Source: a virus. From it: a stretch of DNA of 38,980 bases. The stretch lies in the IMG/VR virus record IMGVR_UViG_3300045988_065349. The stretch is one strand, 5' to 3'. Under the pieces are notes generated by a model. The model was not told the DNA's origin. It searched no databases and was given only the letters and a program-made list of their open reading frames with translations. How positions within the stretch are numbered: position 1 is the first letter of the stretch; each line of letters begins with the position of its first letter. This document shows, one piece after another, positions 23,365 through 32,188 of this stretch. The position numbers and the translations under genes were made by a program.

Positions 23365-24117
23365 TTGAACGAAGATTTTCGGGCTTTCTGGGCAGTCGTG
23401 CCTGCGACTGTCCTGTATGACGATTCCATTCCTGCCAACGCGAAGCTTCTTTATGGGCAGATCTCCACGATGACCGGCTACACCGGCGAGGGCGGGTGCT
23501 GCACCGCGACCAATGCGCAGCTTGCCGGGCCAAACAAACTGTCCGAGGATTCGGTCAGCCGCCTTATCAAGGCGCTTGAAAAGGCCGGCCACATTGAAGT
23601 CCGGTATGCCCCTGATCCGAAGGACGGGCATCCTGTCCGCAGCATCTATCAGGTGCTGCAAGCACCCCCCCTTACCGGCAAAAATGCCGATAAGCTTATC
23701 GGCAAAAAAACCGACCCCTTATCGGCAAAAAAACCGATGAGTAATGTATTAGATAATAATATATTACCCCCTAAAAGCCCCCCAAGGGGGCGGCGCACGA
23801 AATCAACCGCAGAATGGAAGCCTGAACGCTTCGAAGGCTTCTGGAAATTCTACCCCAGAGGTGAAGGACGACAAGCTGCAATCCGAGCATGGGACAGGCT
23901 CCAGCCTAGCGACGAACTAATCCTGCGCATTGGCCGGGCCTTGACCTTGCAGAAGGCGTCGCCGGAGTGGCAGGCCGGAATCGGTATCCCCCATGCATCG
24001 ACGTACCTTAACCAGCAGCGCTGGACCGACGAGAATCGCGAGATCGCCGAGGCCGCTCCTGTGCAGGCAGTTGAGCCGACCGGGGCTATTGACACCAGCG
24101 GACTGAGGTTTGTGTGA
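23365..24117 (+). CDS. Replication initiator / replisome organizer (winged-HTH N-terminus, DnaD-like C-terminus)
   Basis: TTG start with RBS gggaggtg. NAKLLYGQIS...ATNAQLA pattern. C-terminal WKPERFEGFWKFYP...AWDRL...YLNQQRW. Lies immediately upstream of the helicase. Confidence 0.8.
   Translation: MNEDFRAFWAVVPATVLYDDSIPANAKLLYGQISTMTGYTGEGGCCTATNAQLAGPNKLSEDSVSRLIKALEKAGHIEVRYAPDPKDGHPVRSIYQVLQAPPLTGKNADKLIGKKTDPLSAKKPMSNVLDNNILPPKSPPRGRRTKSTAEWKPERFEGFWKFYPRGEGRQAAIRAWDRLQPSDELILRIGRALTLQKASPEWQAGIGIPHASTYLNQQRWTDENREIAEAAPVQAVEPTGAIDTSGLRFV
23675..23775. repeat. Candidate origin: iterons, palindrome and an AT-rich tract inside the organizer gene
   Basis: Two perfect 20-bp direct repeats CTTATCGGCAAAAAAACCGA (23695-23714 and 23718-23737). 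A degenerate copy lies at 23675-23690. A 16-bp palindrome CCGATAAGCTTATCGG is at 23687-23702. An AT-rich stretch spans 23741-23775. Confidence 0.6.
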
Positions 24118-25451
24118 TGGCTGCAAGCAGAGAAGCGCTCTTGAATGCGCAGCTTGGTGTCATCGGCTCGATGCTGATCGATGACCGCACCGTCGGCATC
24201 GCGCTTCAGGCACTCAAGCCAGAATATTTTGATAGCTCATACCGCACAATCTTCGAGGCAATGCGCGGGCTGTTCCAAGTCGGCCGTCCGGTTGACGCTG
24301 TTACGGTCCTTGGACAGATTGGCGAGGACTACACGGATCTGCTCAGGCAGATCATTGAGCTGACGCCGACGGCGGCCAACATTAAGGCGTACATCGCCGA
24401 TCTGAGGCGGCAGGCGCGAATTCGCCTGATGCAGGAAGCGGCCTCGGAGATCCTGTCCGCTGACAATGAGGACGACATCAGGCAAATGCTTGACCGCATA
24501 AACGCTGTCATGGTGGACCGGCCGGGCGTGCGTACCATGACGATGCAGGATGCGCTGACCGATTTTTACAAACGGCACGACCCGGCGGTAAAGCCTGTCT
24601 ATCTGCCGTGGAAATTTGAGAAGCTCAACGACCACCTGCGCACGATGCGCGGCGACTTTGGCATCATCGGCGGATACCCCTCGGACGGCAAAACGACACT
24701 CGCGCTAGCGACCGCCCGCGAGCAGGCAAAGACGAAGAAGGTCGGCTTTTTCAGCTTTGAGACGGACTGCGAAAAGCTGGCAGACGCAATGATCTCCGCG
24801 GCGGCGCAGATCGGCCTGCCGAAAATTCAGCTGAATGCCATGAACGATCATGACTGGGATACTCTGGCGGCAATCAGTGCCGATTTCGGCGGCCGCAACC
24901 TCGATCTGATCGAGGCGGCAGGTATGACGGCCGGGGATATCCGAATGTACTCGATGGCAAAGCACTACGACGTGATCTACATCGACTATTTGCAGCTGAT
25001 TGAGGCATCGGACAAAACGCCGTGGGGCAATCAGGAGTACGCACGTGTCACTGCCGTTTCGCGGGCGCTCAAGCAGTTCGGGCGTCAGGGCGGGCCAACA
25101 ATCATCGCGCTGTCCCAGCTCGGACGGCCGGAGCCAAACAAGAAGACCGGCAAAATCCCACCACCCACGATGTCAAGCCTGCGCAGTTCCGGTCAGATCG
25201 AGCAGGACGCGGACTTCATTTTGCTGCTCTTCCGCGAAAACCAGAAAATCGTGGACTGTGATCGCGTTGTTACAGTTGCGAAAAACAAAACCGGAATCGC
25301 TGGGAATTCGTTTTATCTGCGATTCAACGGCGAGACACAGACCTTCATGGAGTCGCGCCGCGATTGGACGCCTCCGAAGCAGACGCCTGCGGAGGAGACT
25401 GCGCAGATTGGATTTGACGAGCTTCCGAGCGACTTCCCTATCCCATTTTGA
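24117..25451 (+). CDS. dnaB: Replicative DNA helicase (DnaB family)
   Basis: DnaB-like N-terminal domain, Walker A (GYPSDGKTTLAL), Walker B (IYIDYLQL) and SQLGR. Confidence 0.9.
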   Translation: MAASREALLNAQLGVIGSMLIDDRTVGIALQALKPEYFDSSYRTIFEAMRGLFQVGRPVDAVTVLGQIGEDYTDLLRQIIELTPTAANIKAYIADLRRQARIRLMQEAASEILSADNEDDIRQMLDRINAVMVDRPGVRTMTMQDALTDFYKRHDPAVKPVYLPWKFEKLNDHLRTMRGDFGIIGGYPSDGKTTLALATAREQAKTKKVGFFSFETDCEKLADAMISAAAQIGLPKIQLNAMNDHDWDTLAAISADFGGRNLDLIEAAGMTAGDIRMYSMAKHYDVIYIDYLQLIEASDKTPWGNQEYARVTAVSRALKQFGRQGGPTIIALSQLGRPEPNKKTGKIPPPTMSSLRSSGQIEQDADFILLLFRENQKIVDCDRVVTVAKNKTGIAGNSFYLRFNGETQTFMESRRDWTPPKQTPAEETAQIGFDELPSDFPIPF

Positions 25452-25466
25452 CGAAAGGACGAAATC

Positions 25467-26279
25467 ATGAAAGCAATTGCAATTTTGAATCTCAAGGGCG
25501 GAGTCGGGAAGACCGTGACCGCCGTCAATATGGCACACATTCTGGCGTCGGAGCACAAACAGCGGGTGCTACTGATCGACTGCGACAGCCAGTGCAACGC
25601 TACCGAGTTTTTCGGCCTTGCGCCGACGGAATACGACGTCACGCTGGACGCCGTGCTGCTGGGCGAGTGCGAGCCGTATTACGCCGAGAACATCACGCCA
25701 ACGTCGTACAGCGATCTGGACATGATCCCCGCGTCGGACGGGCTTATGGATCTGGACATGTCGCACATCGCGGACAAGCGCGTGCGCGGCCGGGTGCTGG
25801 CCGATATGTGCCGCTGCATCCGGGAGGACGATGCGTATGACTACGTGATCTTTGACTGCCCGCCTGCGTTCAATGCCGCCAGCGCGGCGGCACTACTGGC
25901 CTCGGATGAGGTAATCATCCCGATCAAGCTGGATGCATTCAGCCTGCGCGGACTCGCAAATGTCAGCCGCCAGATCGACAACATTCGCCGCATCAACGGC
26001 AATATCCGCATTGCAGGCGCGCTCATCACGATGTGGCGCAATGTGCCGGTTGTGCTGGAGGCGGAAGCGAAGCTGCGGGAGTCCGGCGTGCTGCCTGTTT
26101 TCCAGACGGTTATCCGGCGCACCGACAAGGTGGACGAGATGACGTTTAAGCAGGTGCCGATCCTCGTCTCGTCGCCGTACAGCGCGGCAGGGTATGATTA
26201 CCGCAATTTCGTCCAGGAGCTGCTGGAGCCGCAGATGACGATGGAGGACGTGAAGGGAGGCGCGGGCGATGGCATTTGA
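25467..26279 (+). CDS. parA: ParA/Soj-family partition ATPase
   Basis: Deviant Walker A LKGGVGKT. LLIDCDSQ. DCPP. Confidence 0.9.
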   Translation: MKAIAILNLKGGVGKTVTAVNMAHILASEHKQRVLLIDCDSQCNATEFFGLAPTEYDVTLDAVLLGECEPYYAENITPTSYSDLDMIPASDGLMDLDMSHIADKRVRGRVLADMCRCIREDDAYDYVIFDCPPAFNAASAAALLASDEVIIPIKLDAFSLRGLANVSRQIDNIRRINGNIRIAGALITMWRNVPVVLEAEAKLRESGVLPVFQTVIRRTDKVDEMTFKQVPILVSSPYSAAGYDYRNFVQELLEPQMTMEDVKGGAGDGI

Positions 26280-27792
26280 CGTGAGCAGCGTATTTGCCGA
26301 GGAGCTGAAGAAAGTGTCCAAGTCGGACACCGGAAAGCGGCTGACCGAAGTAGACATCGACGATCTGGTGAGCAATGAGGCAAATTTCTATGCCGTGGAT
26401 ACGGACAAACTGGAGGAGCTGAAAAACAGCATCGCGCTGTCCGGCATCATGGACCCGCCGACCGTCACCGAAGCGGAGGATGGGAAATACCGCCTGATCT
26501 CCGGCCATCGGCGCACGGCCGCCGTCCGGGCGCTCGTTGCGGAAGGGCGTGCGGATCTCCGTAAGGTGCCTGTTTTTGTCCGCAGCCCGCGCAGCGCGGC
26601 AATGGAGGAGCTGGAGCTCATCATGGCAAACTCTACGGCCAGAGTGCTGAGCAGCGCGGAGGTCAGTCAGGCGGCGCAGCGTGTGGAGCGGCTGCTCTAC
26701 GAGCTGAAAGAACAGGGCGTGGAGTTTCCCGGCCGGATGCGCGACCATGTAGCCGCCGCCTGCAACGTCAGCAAGACGAAGCTCGCCAACCTGCACGCGA
26801 TCGAGAGCAATTGCATCGCGGACTTCCGGAAGATGTGGGCAGACGGCAAGATCCCGGATGCGACGGCTTTGGCGCTGTCACGGTGCGACACGGCGTTCCA
26901 GATGCGGATGCGGGACGCATTTGCCAGGCTGAAAAGCTTCCCCACGGCAGCAAGCATCGAGAGCCTGCGCGATATACAGAAAAAAGGCGCGAAGTGGCGG
27001 CCCAGCGCGTGTCTGCACTGCCCGGATGGCCGTCTATGCCCGCCCTCGCGTGACGACGCCGTGCTGCGGCACGATGCGACGTGCTGCTCGTTTGAGCCGA
27101 AATGCAAGGGCGAGATGTGCTGCATGGATTGTGCATACGGCGCGAAGGCGCGCGGGTGCTATGACGTCTGCGACCAGATGTGCAGCAGGGCCAAGCAGTA
27201 CCGCACGGACAAAAATACGGAAGCCAAGGAGAAAGAGGCCAGCGCCGAGGAAGCGCGCCAACGTTGGCGCCGGAATAAAATCCAGTATGCGGCACAGCGG
27301 ATCGCCCGTGCGGCAGATGCTGCCGGGTGCGATGATACGCTGAAGCTCAAAATTAAGGCGTTTTCCTATTATACGCCATTATCGCTTGCGACGATTCGCA
27401 GGTGGGCGAATGGAGAATTTGGCGATACGCATTTTCACGATACAGATGTGATCGCCGTGGATGCGCCGCAGATTCCAGCAGTCTGCCAGCAGCTCCACTG
27501 CTCGGCGGACTACCTGCTGGGAATGACGGACGATCTGACGCCGCATGCGGTGCCCAAGTCTGACACCGGAAACGGGTGGCAGAGCGGAACGGACTATCCG
27601 GACGGGATGATCCTCGCCGTGTTCCTCTTCCCCGGAAGTGACGATATCCGGCAGCTCATGTATGCGAAGGATGGCAAGTTATATTTTTCACGCAAATACA
27701 CCACGCGCGCGGAAGAACAACCGGTGCTGTGGCTGGCGATCCCGGCGATCCCGGCGATCCCGGAGGAGGCTGAAGTCGATGCAGCGGACTGA
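26269..27792 (+). CDS. ParB-like protein with a long Cys-rich and HTH-containing C-terminal extension
   Basis: ParB N-terminal box RLISGHRRTAAVRAL. The C-terminal half has multiple CxxC-type clusters and an XRE-like ...CSADYLLGMTDD segment. Overlaps the parA stop. Confidence 0.8.
   Translation: MAFDVSSVFAEELKKVSKSDTGKRLTEVDIDDLVSNEANFYAVDTDKLEELKNSIALSGIMDPPTVTEAEDGKYRLISGHRRTAAVRALVAEGRADLRKVPVFVRSPRSAAMEELELIMANSTARVLSSAEVSQAAQRVERLLYELKEQGVEFPGRMRDHVAAACNVSKTKLANLHAIESNCIADFRKMWADGKIPDATALALSRCDTAFQMRMRDAFARLKSFPTAASIESLRDIQKKGAKWRPSACLHCPDGRLCPPSRDDAVLRHDATCCSFEPKCKGEMCCMDCAYGAKARGCYDVCDQMCSRAKQYRTDKNTEAKEKEASAEEARQRWRRNKIQYAAQRIARAADAAGCDDTLKLKIKAFSYYTPLSLATIRRWANGEFGDTHFHDTDVIAVDAPQIPAVCQQLHCSADYLLGMTDDLTPHAVPKSDTGNGWQSGTDYPDGMILAVFLFPGSDDIRQLMYAKDGKLYFSRKYTTRAEEQPVLWLAIPAIPAIPEEAEVDAAD
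27735..27761 (+). repeat. Three perfect tandem copies of GGCGATCCC, encoding (AIP)x3
   Basis: Direct reading. In frame, at the 3' end of the ParB-like gene. Confidence 0.9.
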
Positions 27793-28198
27793 TCTGACAG
27801 GCATGGAGTTCGGCAAACTGCGCGCGACCGAATACGCGGGACGAGACGGGCATGGACACTCGCTCTGGCTCTGCCGGTGTGCATGCGGGAATGAGACGGT
27901 GGTTCCGGCATGGAGGCTCAGAAGCAAGAAAACGCAGTCCTGCGGCTGCTCCCACTTTGCGAATCGTGAGAACCGGCCCAAGCCAGAGAAGCCGCCGCGG
28001 AAACGGGCTGAGCGCGCACCTGCCGCGAAAAAGGCTGCGCGCGCGCCTGCCCCGCGTGCGGTCAGCCCCTGCTATAACGTGTACTGCGAGCTCCGCAATA
28101 ATCGCCCGCGCGGCGGCGTGTGGAGCTGCACCAATCAAAAAATCTGTCCGGACTGCCAGCGCGTCCGGAACAGCGAGAAAGGAGATCGCCATGCCTAA
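27779..28198 (+). CDS. Hypothetical Zn-ribbon protein (139 aa)
   Basis: RBS ggaggagg. LTGMEFGKL...WLCRCACGN...SCGC motif common in Firmicutes phage proteins. Basic Ala/Pro/Lys linker. Confidence 0.6.
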   Translation: MQRTDLTGMEFGKLRATEYAGRDGHGHSLWLCRCACGNETVVPAWRLRSKKTQSCGCSHFANRENRPKPEKPPRKRAERAPAAKKAARAPAPRAVSPCYNVYCELRNNRPRGGVWSCTNQKICPDCQRVRNSEKGDRHA

Positions 28199-28454
28199 TA
28201 AAATCAGCACTGTCCGCGAGTCGCTGTACCGCTGTATCGATACCACATTTTGCTGTGAAAAGTGCGCTTATCGGGGAAAGAGTAGGTGCATGCGGGCGCT
28301 AATGATCGATGCATTCGATGCTATCGGTGCCCTGAATCGAAAAAATGATCAGCTTCGGACTCAGCTTCGACAGGCCGCCGCAGGCGCAGACCGTCTTTCT
28401 GTATTTGAGCGCATCGCGCAATATTTTAGGAGGAGACGCCGCCATGACAAGTGA
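28191..28454 (+). CDS. Hypothetical Cys-rich coiled-coil protein (87 aa)
   Basis: RBS aaaggag. Overlaps both neighbours. Confidence 0.55.
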   Translation: MPNKISTVRESLYRCIDTTFCCEKCAYRGKSRCMRALMIDAFDAIGALNRKNDQLRTQLRQAAAGADRLSVFERIAQYFRRRRRHDK

Positions 28455-28845
28455 GGAAATCGTGCAGGCGCTGCGGTGCTGCCAATTTGGGGAGCCGTGC
28501 GATCGCTGCCCGGTAGTGCGCGATCAAAACTGCGTGAACGTGATGCACAAGTGCGCAGCCGACCTCATCGAGCGCCTGACCGCCGAGAACGCGGCGCTGC
28601 GGGAGAAGCAGGCGGAGGCAGAAGCCGAGAGGGACGCGCTGCTGGATATCGCTAAAAATGGAAAAGATTGTGATACGTGCAAACATTGCGAGGTGTGCGT
28701 CCAGCCCGGAATAGACGTTGCACACTGGTGTGATAGATGCGTGGAGAAATGCCCTTGTCACGGATGCGGAGGAGATCACTGGGAATGGCGCGGATTGCCG
28801 GAAGCGCCGGAGGAAGGAGACAAGCATGGAACGGCTGACAAATAA
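28444..28845 (+). CDS. Hypothetical Cys-rich protein (133 aa)
   Basis: RBS aggagg. Several CxxC pairs flank a coiled coil. Confidence 0.6.
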   Translation: MTSEEIVQALRCCQFGEPCDRCPVVRDQNCVNVMHKCAADLIERLTAENAALREKQAEAEAERDALLDIAKNGKDCDTCKHCEVCVQPGIDVAHWCDRCVEKCPCHGCGGDHWEWRGLPEAPEEGDKHGTADK

Positions 28846-29311
28846 ACGCGAAGCTGACGCGCAACGAAAAGAGTACGAGCGCCGCCTTGCAAACGGGTAT
28901 CCGCGGAATATCCCAGAGGAGCGATTTCTGCGCCTTGCGGCCTACGAGGACATCGGCCTGATGCCGGAGGAAATCAAGGCTCCATTTACGGATGACATAA
29001 TGATAAATCTAGCCGCGCAGGCGTTAAGGATGAAGCCCGACCGCCTCCGCGAGCTTGCCGAGGCCGACAAGGACGGGCGGCTGGCGGTGTGGCCGTGCAA
29101 GGTGGGTGATGTGGTGTTCGCGCGTCTGGACAACAAAAGTAAATACGTGTGTGAGTGCAAGGTAAAGCAGATCGTCGTGGGCAATATTGGGTTTGTTACT
29201 TTTGCACCAATAGGAGCCCCGGAGCGAGAATACGACGTAGCGTTGAGAGGTTTCGGCAAGACCGTATTTCTCACCCGCGAGGAAGCTGAACGGGCGCTGA
29301 TGGAGCGGTGA
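28826..29311 (+). CDS. Hypothetical protein, MERLT-type, paralog of 29913-30455
   Basis: RBS aggaga. C-terminal ~85 aa nearly identical to the paralog. Confidence 0.65.
   Translation: MERLTNKREADAQRKEYERRLANGYPRNIPEERFLRLAAYEDIGLMPEEIKAPFTDDIMINLAAQALRMKPDRLRELAEADKDGRLAVWPCKVGDVVFARLDNKSKYVCECKVKQIVVGNIGFVTFAPIGAPEREYDVALRGFGKTVFLTREEAERALMER
29051..29290 (+). repeat. Dispersed direct repeat, copy A (about 240 bp, near-identical to 30177-30416)
   Basis: Ungapped alignment at offset 1126. Includes a 78-nt perfect run (29113-29190) and a 32-nt perfect run. Confidence 0.9.
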
Positions 29312-29312
29312 G

Positions 29313-29519
29313 ATGAAAATACCGAAATACATCCGAAAGAAAATGCACCAGATTGCACTCTACGCGGGTTTGGCTGCCAAACTCGATTGCGAGGTGGGGC
29401 TATGGTTGGAACGGAACGGGATAGATGTGGAGAAATTGAGCGATGGCGGCGGCGGTGGTTACGAAGAACTCGGCTACGGCAATGACATAACGAATGAACT
29501 GTGTGCCCGGATAGAATAG
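29313..29519 (+). CDS. Hypothetical protein (68 aa)
   Basis: ORF starts 2 nt after the previous stop. A weak RBS, ggagcgg. Confidence 0.5.
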   Translation: MKIPKYIRKKMHQIALYAGLAAKLDCEVGLWLERNGIDVEKLSDGGGGGYEELGYGNDITNELCARIE

Positions 29520-29544
29520 ATGGAGGCGTAAAGGAGTTATTAAG

Positions 29545-29910
29545 ATGGAGAAATACGCGAAGAGTCTGCAAGACATCATCAATGAGCAGGATTTTTGCTT
29601 TGAGCCTGAGGAGATCAGAACGGTCGAAAAGGCGCTCGGAGTTCTGAATATGAGTCTTCAGCACGTTCTCGACCTGCTCAAAGCGGAGAGGGAGGGGCGT
29701 CTGAAGGTCAGACCCGAAAGCCTCGGCCAATGTTGCGGCCAGTGCCACCACTTCCTCAGAGAGCCTATGAAAGCGTCAGGCATCTGCGAGGTTCGCAAGA
29801 ACAAGCACTACCCGCGAGCTGGGACGCCGCTTTATTGCTATCAGTCGACAAAAGCCTGCCTTGACTTCGACGAGCGCGGCGAGCGGCCCATCCGGTATCA
29901 GGAGGCATGA
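29545..29910 (+). CDS. Hypothetical Cys-containing protein (121 aa)
   Basis: RBS aaaggag. Confidence 0.6.
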   Translation: MEKYAKSLQDIINEQDFCFEPEEIRTVEKALGVLNMSLQHVLDLLKAEREGRLKVRPESLGQCCGQCHHFLREPMKASGICEVRKNKHYPRAGTPLYCYQSTKACLDFDERGERPIRYQEA

Positions 29911-29912
29911 CG

Positions 29913-30455
29913 ATGGAGCGACTGACGAAACATAGTAAGCAAACATCGCACGAAAACGGTATCTGTTGCACACATTTTTATGGTTTTGAATGCCTCAGAG
30001 TTGGCGGGAACTGCGCCATGAATTGCAAGTGGGAAGAAGCGGCGTGGAGCCGCCTTGCCGCCTACGAGGACACGGGGCTTGAGCCGGAAGCAATAGAAAC
30101 GGTTAAGCTTGCGCTGGCCGCAAAGCACATGGTTGATCTAGAAACGCTCAACAATACGCCAATCAGCAGGCTCGTAGAGCTTGCCGAGGCCGACAAGGAC
30201 GGGCGCGTGGTGGTGCTGCCGTGCAAAGTGGGCGATACGGTGTTCGCGCGTCTGGACAACAAAAGTAAATACGTGTGTGAGTGCAAGGTAAAGCAGATCG
30301 TCGTGGGCAATATTGGATTTGTTACTTTTGCACCAATAGGAGCCCCGGAAAGAGAATACGACGTATCGTTGAGAGGTTTCGGCAAGACCGTATTCCTCAC
30401 CCGCGAAGAAGCCGAGAAGGCTTTGCAGGAAATGGAGGACAAGAAGGATGACTGA
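29913..30455 (+). CDS. Hypothetical protein, MERLT-type, paralog of 28826-29311, with an extra Cys-rich insert
   Basis: RBS ggagg 8 nt upstream of the ATG at 29913. The start was chosen by alignment with the paralog. Confidence 0.65.
   Translation: MERLTKHSKQTSHENGICCTHFYGFECLRVGGNCAMNCKWEEAAWSRLAAYEDTGLEPEAIETVKLALAAKHMVDLETLNNTPISRLVELAEADKDGRVVVLPCKVGDTVFARLDNKSKYVCECKVKQIVVGNIGFVTFAPIGAPEREYDVSLRGFGKTVFLTREEAEKALQEMEDKKDD
30177..30416 (+). repeat. Dispersed direct repeat, copy B
   Basis: See 29051-29290. Confidence 0.9.
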
Positions 30456-30675
30456 AACATACTGTACCGCATTTATGGAGGACTTGCCGCCTGAAAAGCA
30501 GGCTGAGGGTCTGGGCGTTCAGGCCGCCGTAATCCTCGGCGAATGCTTCCGGTGCAAAGACTATGCACGATGCTCAACGGATGAAACATTTGTGTTTCCG
30601 GCAGAGGCGGCCTGTATGGTACGCAGGGATATGGTTTTGAAGGAATGGGGATTGGAGGGCAAGAAGGATGGCTAA
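30448..30675 (+). CDS. Hypothetical protein (75 aa)
   Basis: Overlapping start. Coding-like composition. Confidence 0.5.
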   Translation: MTETYCTAFMEDLPPEKQAEGLGVQAAVILGECFRCKDYARCSTDETFVFPAEAACMVRRDMVLKEWGLEGKKDG

Positions 30676-30901
30676 GTGCATAACCAAAGCGCAGTTGAGC
30701 CAACTCTATCAGACTCAGCTCATCGATAACGACGAATATCTGAGACTCTTAAAAGAGTTTGCAGGGATAGAATCCCGGCCGACCACGGAGTACAACCACT
30801 ACGACGAAAATGGTGAGTTTATTGGTAGCAGCGTGGACACCGATCTTTGTGACCTGCTGGACGAGGCTGGCGTGGAGGTGCGGGACGATGGGGCAACATA
30901 A
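30668..30901 (+). CDS. Hypothetical acidic protein (77 aa)
   Basis: Overlapping start, with the same aagaaggATG context as the previous gene. Confidence 0.5.
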   Translation: MAKCITKAQLSQLYQTQLIDNDEYLRLLKEFAGIESRPTTEYNHYDENGEFIGSSVDTDLCDLLDEAGVEVRDDGAT

Positions 30902-31088
30902 GCACAACCCGACCGCTATTGCGGCGGCAAAAGGCGAGCTGCCGCCGAAGAAGCGAGAGCCGCAGTTGACCAAGAGGCAGGCGGAGCGGCTTTTGAAAGC
31001 AGAGATCCTGAGTAGATGCACGCCTCTGCTTGCACTGCCGTATGAAATGCAAAACAGGATTGTAAGGGGATATATGGATTATGACTGA
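30888..31088 (+). CDS. Hypothetical basic protein (66 aa)
   Basis: RBS ggaggtg 8 nt upstream of the ATG at 30888. Confidence 0.5.
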   Translation: MGQHKHNPTAIAAAKGELPPKKREPQLTKRQAERLLKAEILSRCTPLLALPYEMQNRIVRGYMDYD

Positions 31089-31344
31089 TTATATCAGCCG
31101 CGAAGCGGCGCTTATGAAACTAATGCAGGACGGGTGCAGCGCAAAAAACTTGCAATCCATCTCGGATGTGCCCGCCGCCGACGTTGCGGAGGTGGTGCGG
31201 TGCAGGGACTGCAAACACAAGGTGAGAACCGACGCAAACGGTATTGTCATCTGCTCTGAGGAGCACGGCATGTATTGCCCAACAGAGAGTGATTTTTGCA
31301 GATACGGAGAATATCGGACAAATACGGGAGGCGTGACCGAATGA
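31081..31344 (+). CDS. Hypothetical Zn-ribbon protein with a PAADV-EVV motif (87 aa)
   Basis: Overlapping start. Motif PAADVAEVVRCRDCKH is shared with the next gene. Confidence 0.6.
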   Translation: MTDYISREAALMKLMQDGCSAKNLQSISDVPAADVAEVVRCRDCKHKVRTDANGIVICSEEHGMYCPTESDFCRYGEYRTNTGGVTE

Positions 31345-31375
31345 GCGGGATGTAGCGCGATGATGGAGGACACAA

Positions 31376-31699
31376 ATGAGTGATAAATACATCCTACGTT
31401 CCGGCGCAATCGATGCGATCAAGCGGAACAGTGGGACTTTGTATACGAGAGAAGCGGAGTTCTTGCTTCAAAAAGTCATTTTTCTGCTCAAAAATGCTCC
31501 CGCCGCCGACGTGGTGGAGGTGGTACATGGGCAGTGGGTGCATAGTAGATATGAGGAATGCTCCGAGCGGTTTGAACTCGTGAAGTGCTCTCAATGTGGC
31601 CACGAGGCGTATGCAATGGCGTTCTATGTTCGCGGTGGCAATTACTGCCCCAACTGTGGGGTGAAGATGGATGGAGGTGAAAACGATGTTTCAGGTTGA
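31376..31699 (+). CDS. Hypothetical Zn-ribbon protein with a PAADV-EVV motif (107 aa)
   Basis: RBS ggagga. PAADVVEVVHGQW...CSQCG...CPNCG. Confidence 0.6.
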   Translation: MSDKYILRSGAIDAIKRNSGTLYTREAEFLLQKVIFLLKNAPAADVVEVVHGQWVHSRYEECSERFELVKCSQCGHEAYAMAFYVRGGNYCPNCGVKMDGGENDVSG

Positions 31700-31865
31700 G
31701 CTTTTATCTGGTGGCGTGTTCACGGTGTATGCCGTCCAGCCGGAAGCGGAAATATTTCTGATTTACCGCAACGATGCATGGGAATGGATCGATATTCCGC
31801 AATGCAGGCCGTACACATATCCATGGCCGCCGCTGGCCTCATTTGCCACGGAGGGCACGACATGA
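31686..31865 (+). CDS. Hypothetical protein (59 aa)
   Basis: RBS ggaggtg 6 nt upstream of the ATG at 31686. The ORF is open from 31671. Confidence 0.45.
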   Translation: MFQVELLSGGVFTVYAVQPEAEIFLIYRNDAWEWIDIPQCRPYTYPWPPLASFATEGTT

Positions 31866-32188
31866 GCTACATGCAGAAGCTGGAGCAGCTTGCTCAGACG
31901 AATCTGGATATTGGGTTTAACGCCGGGTTCCAGGCAGCGACAGATCTGTGGATGCTCGCGCTGGCGCAGGAGGGCTTCGGCCCAGGGCGGATGCGGCGCA
32001 CAGCACACGGTGTGGCACAGCTTTATCGTGAGTTTGGACATGCGTGGCGAAACGAGCCGGAGTCTGACTATGCGCAGGAGCAGATTGACCGCGTTCTGAA
32101 GCCGCTCTGCGGCGAGGAGTTCGTGCCGTTCCGCGAACGAAACGAATGGGTGAGGAAACTGAAATACGGGAAAGGAGCGAAGAAATGA
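31862..32188 (+). CDS. Hypothetical protein (108 aa)
   Basis: ATGA overlap. RBS ggaggg. Confidence 0.55.
   Translation: MSYMQKLEQLAQTNLDIGFNAGFQAATDLWMLALAQEGFGPGRMRRTAHGVAQLYREFGHAWRNEPESDYAQEQIDRVLKPLCGEEFVPFRERNEWVRKLKYGKGAKK

Noticed and set aside
23228-23368. 46-codon ORF with an RBS (ggaggg), overlapping the end of the 22783 gene and running to the organizer start.
   Set aside because: Low-complexity basic sequence (KNEHKKNRPAAANNR) with no motif. It cannot be distinguished from chance.
27735-27761. Three tandem 9-bp repeats considered as a CRISPR-like array, parS or contingency locus.
   Set aside because: The array is too short and has no spacers. It is in frame, encodes (AIP)x3 and has no dyad symmetry. 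It is recorded as a simple coding repeat only.
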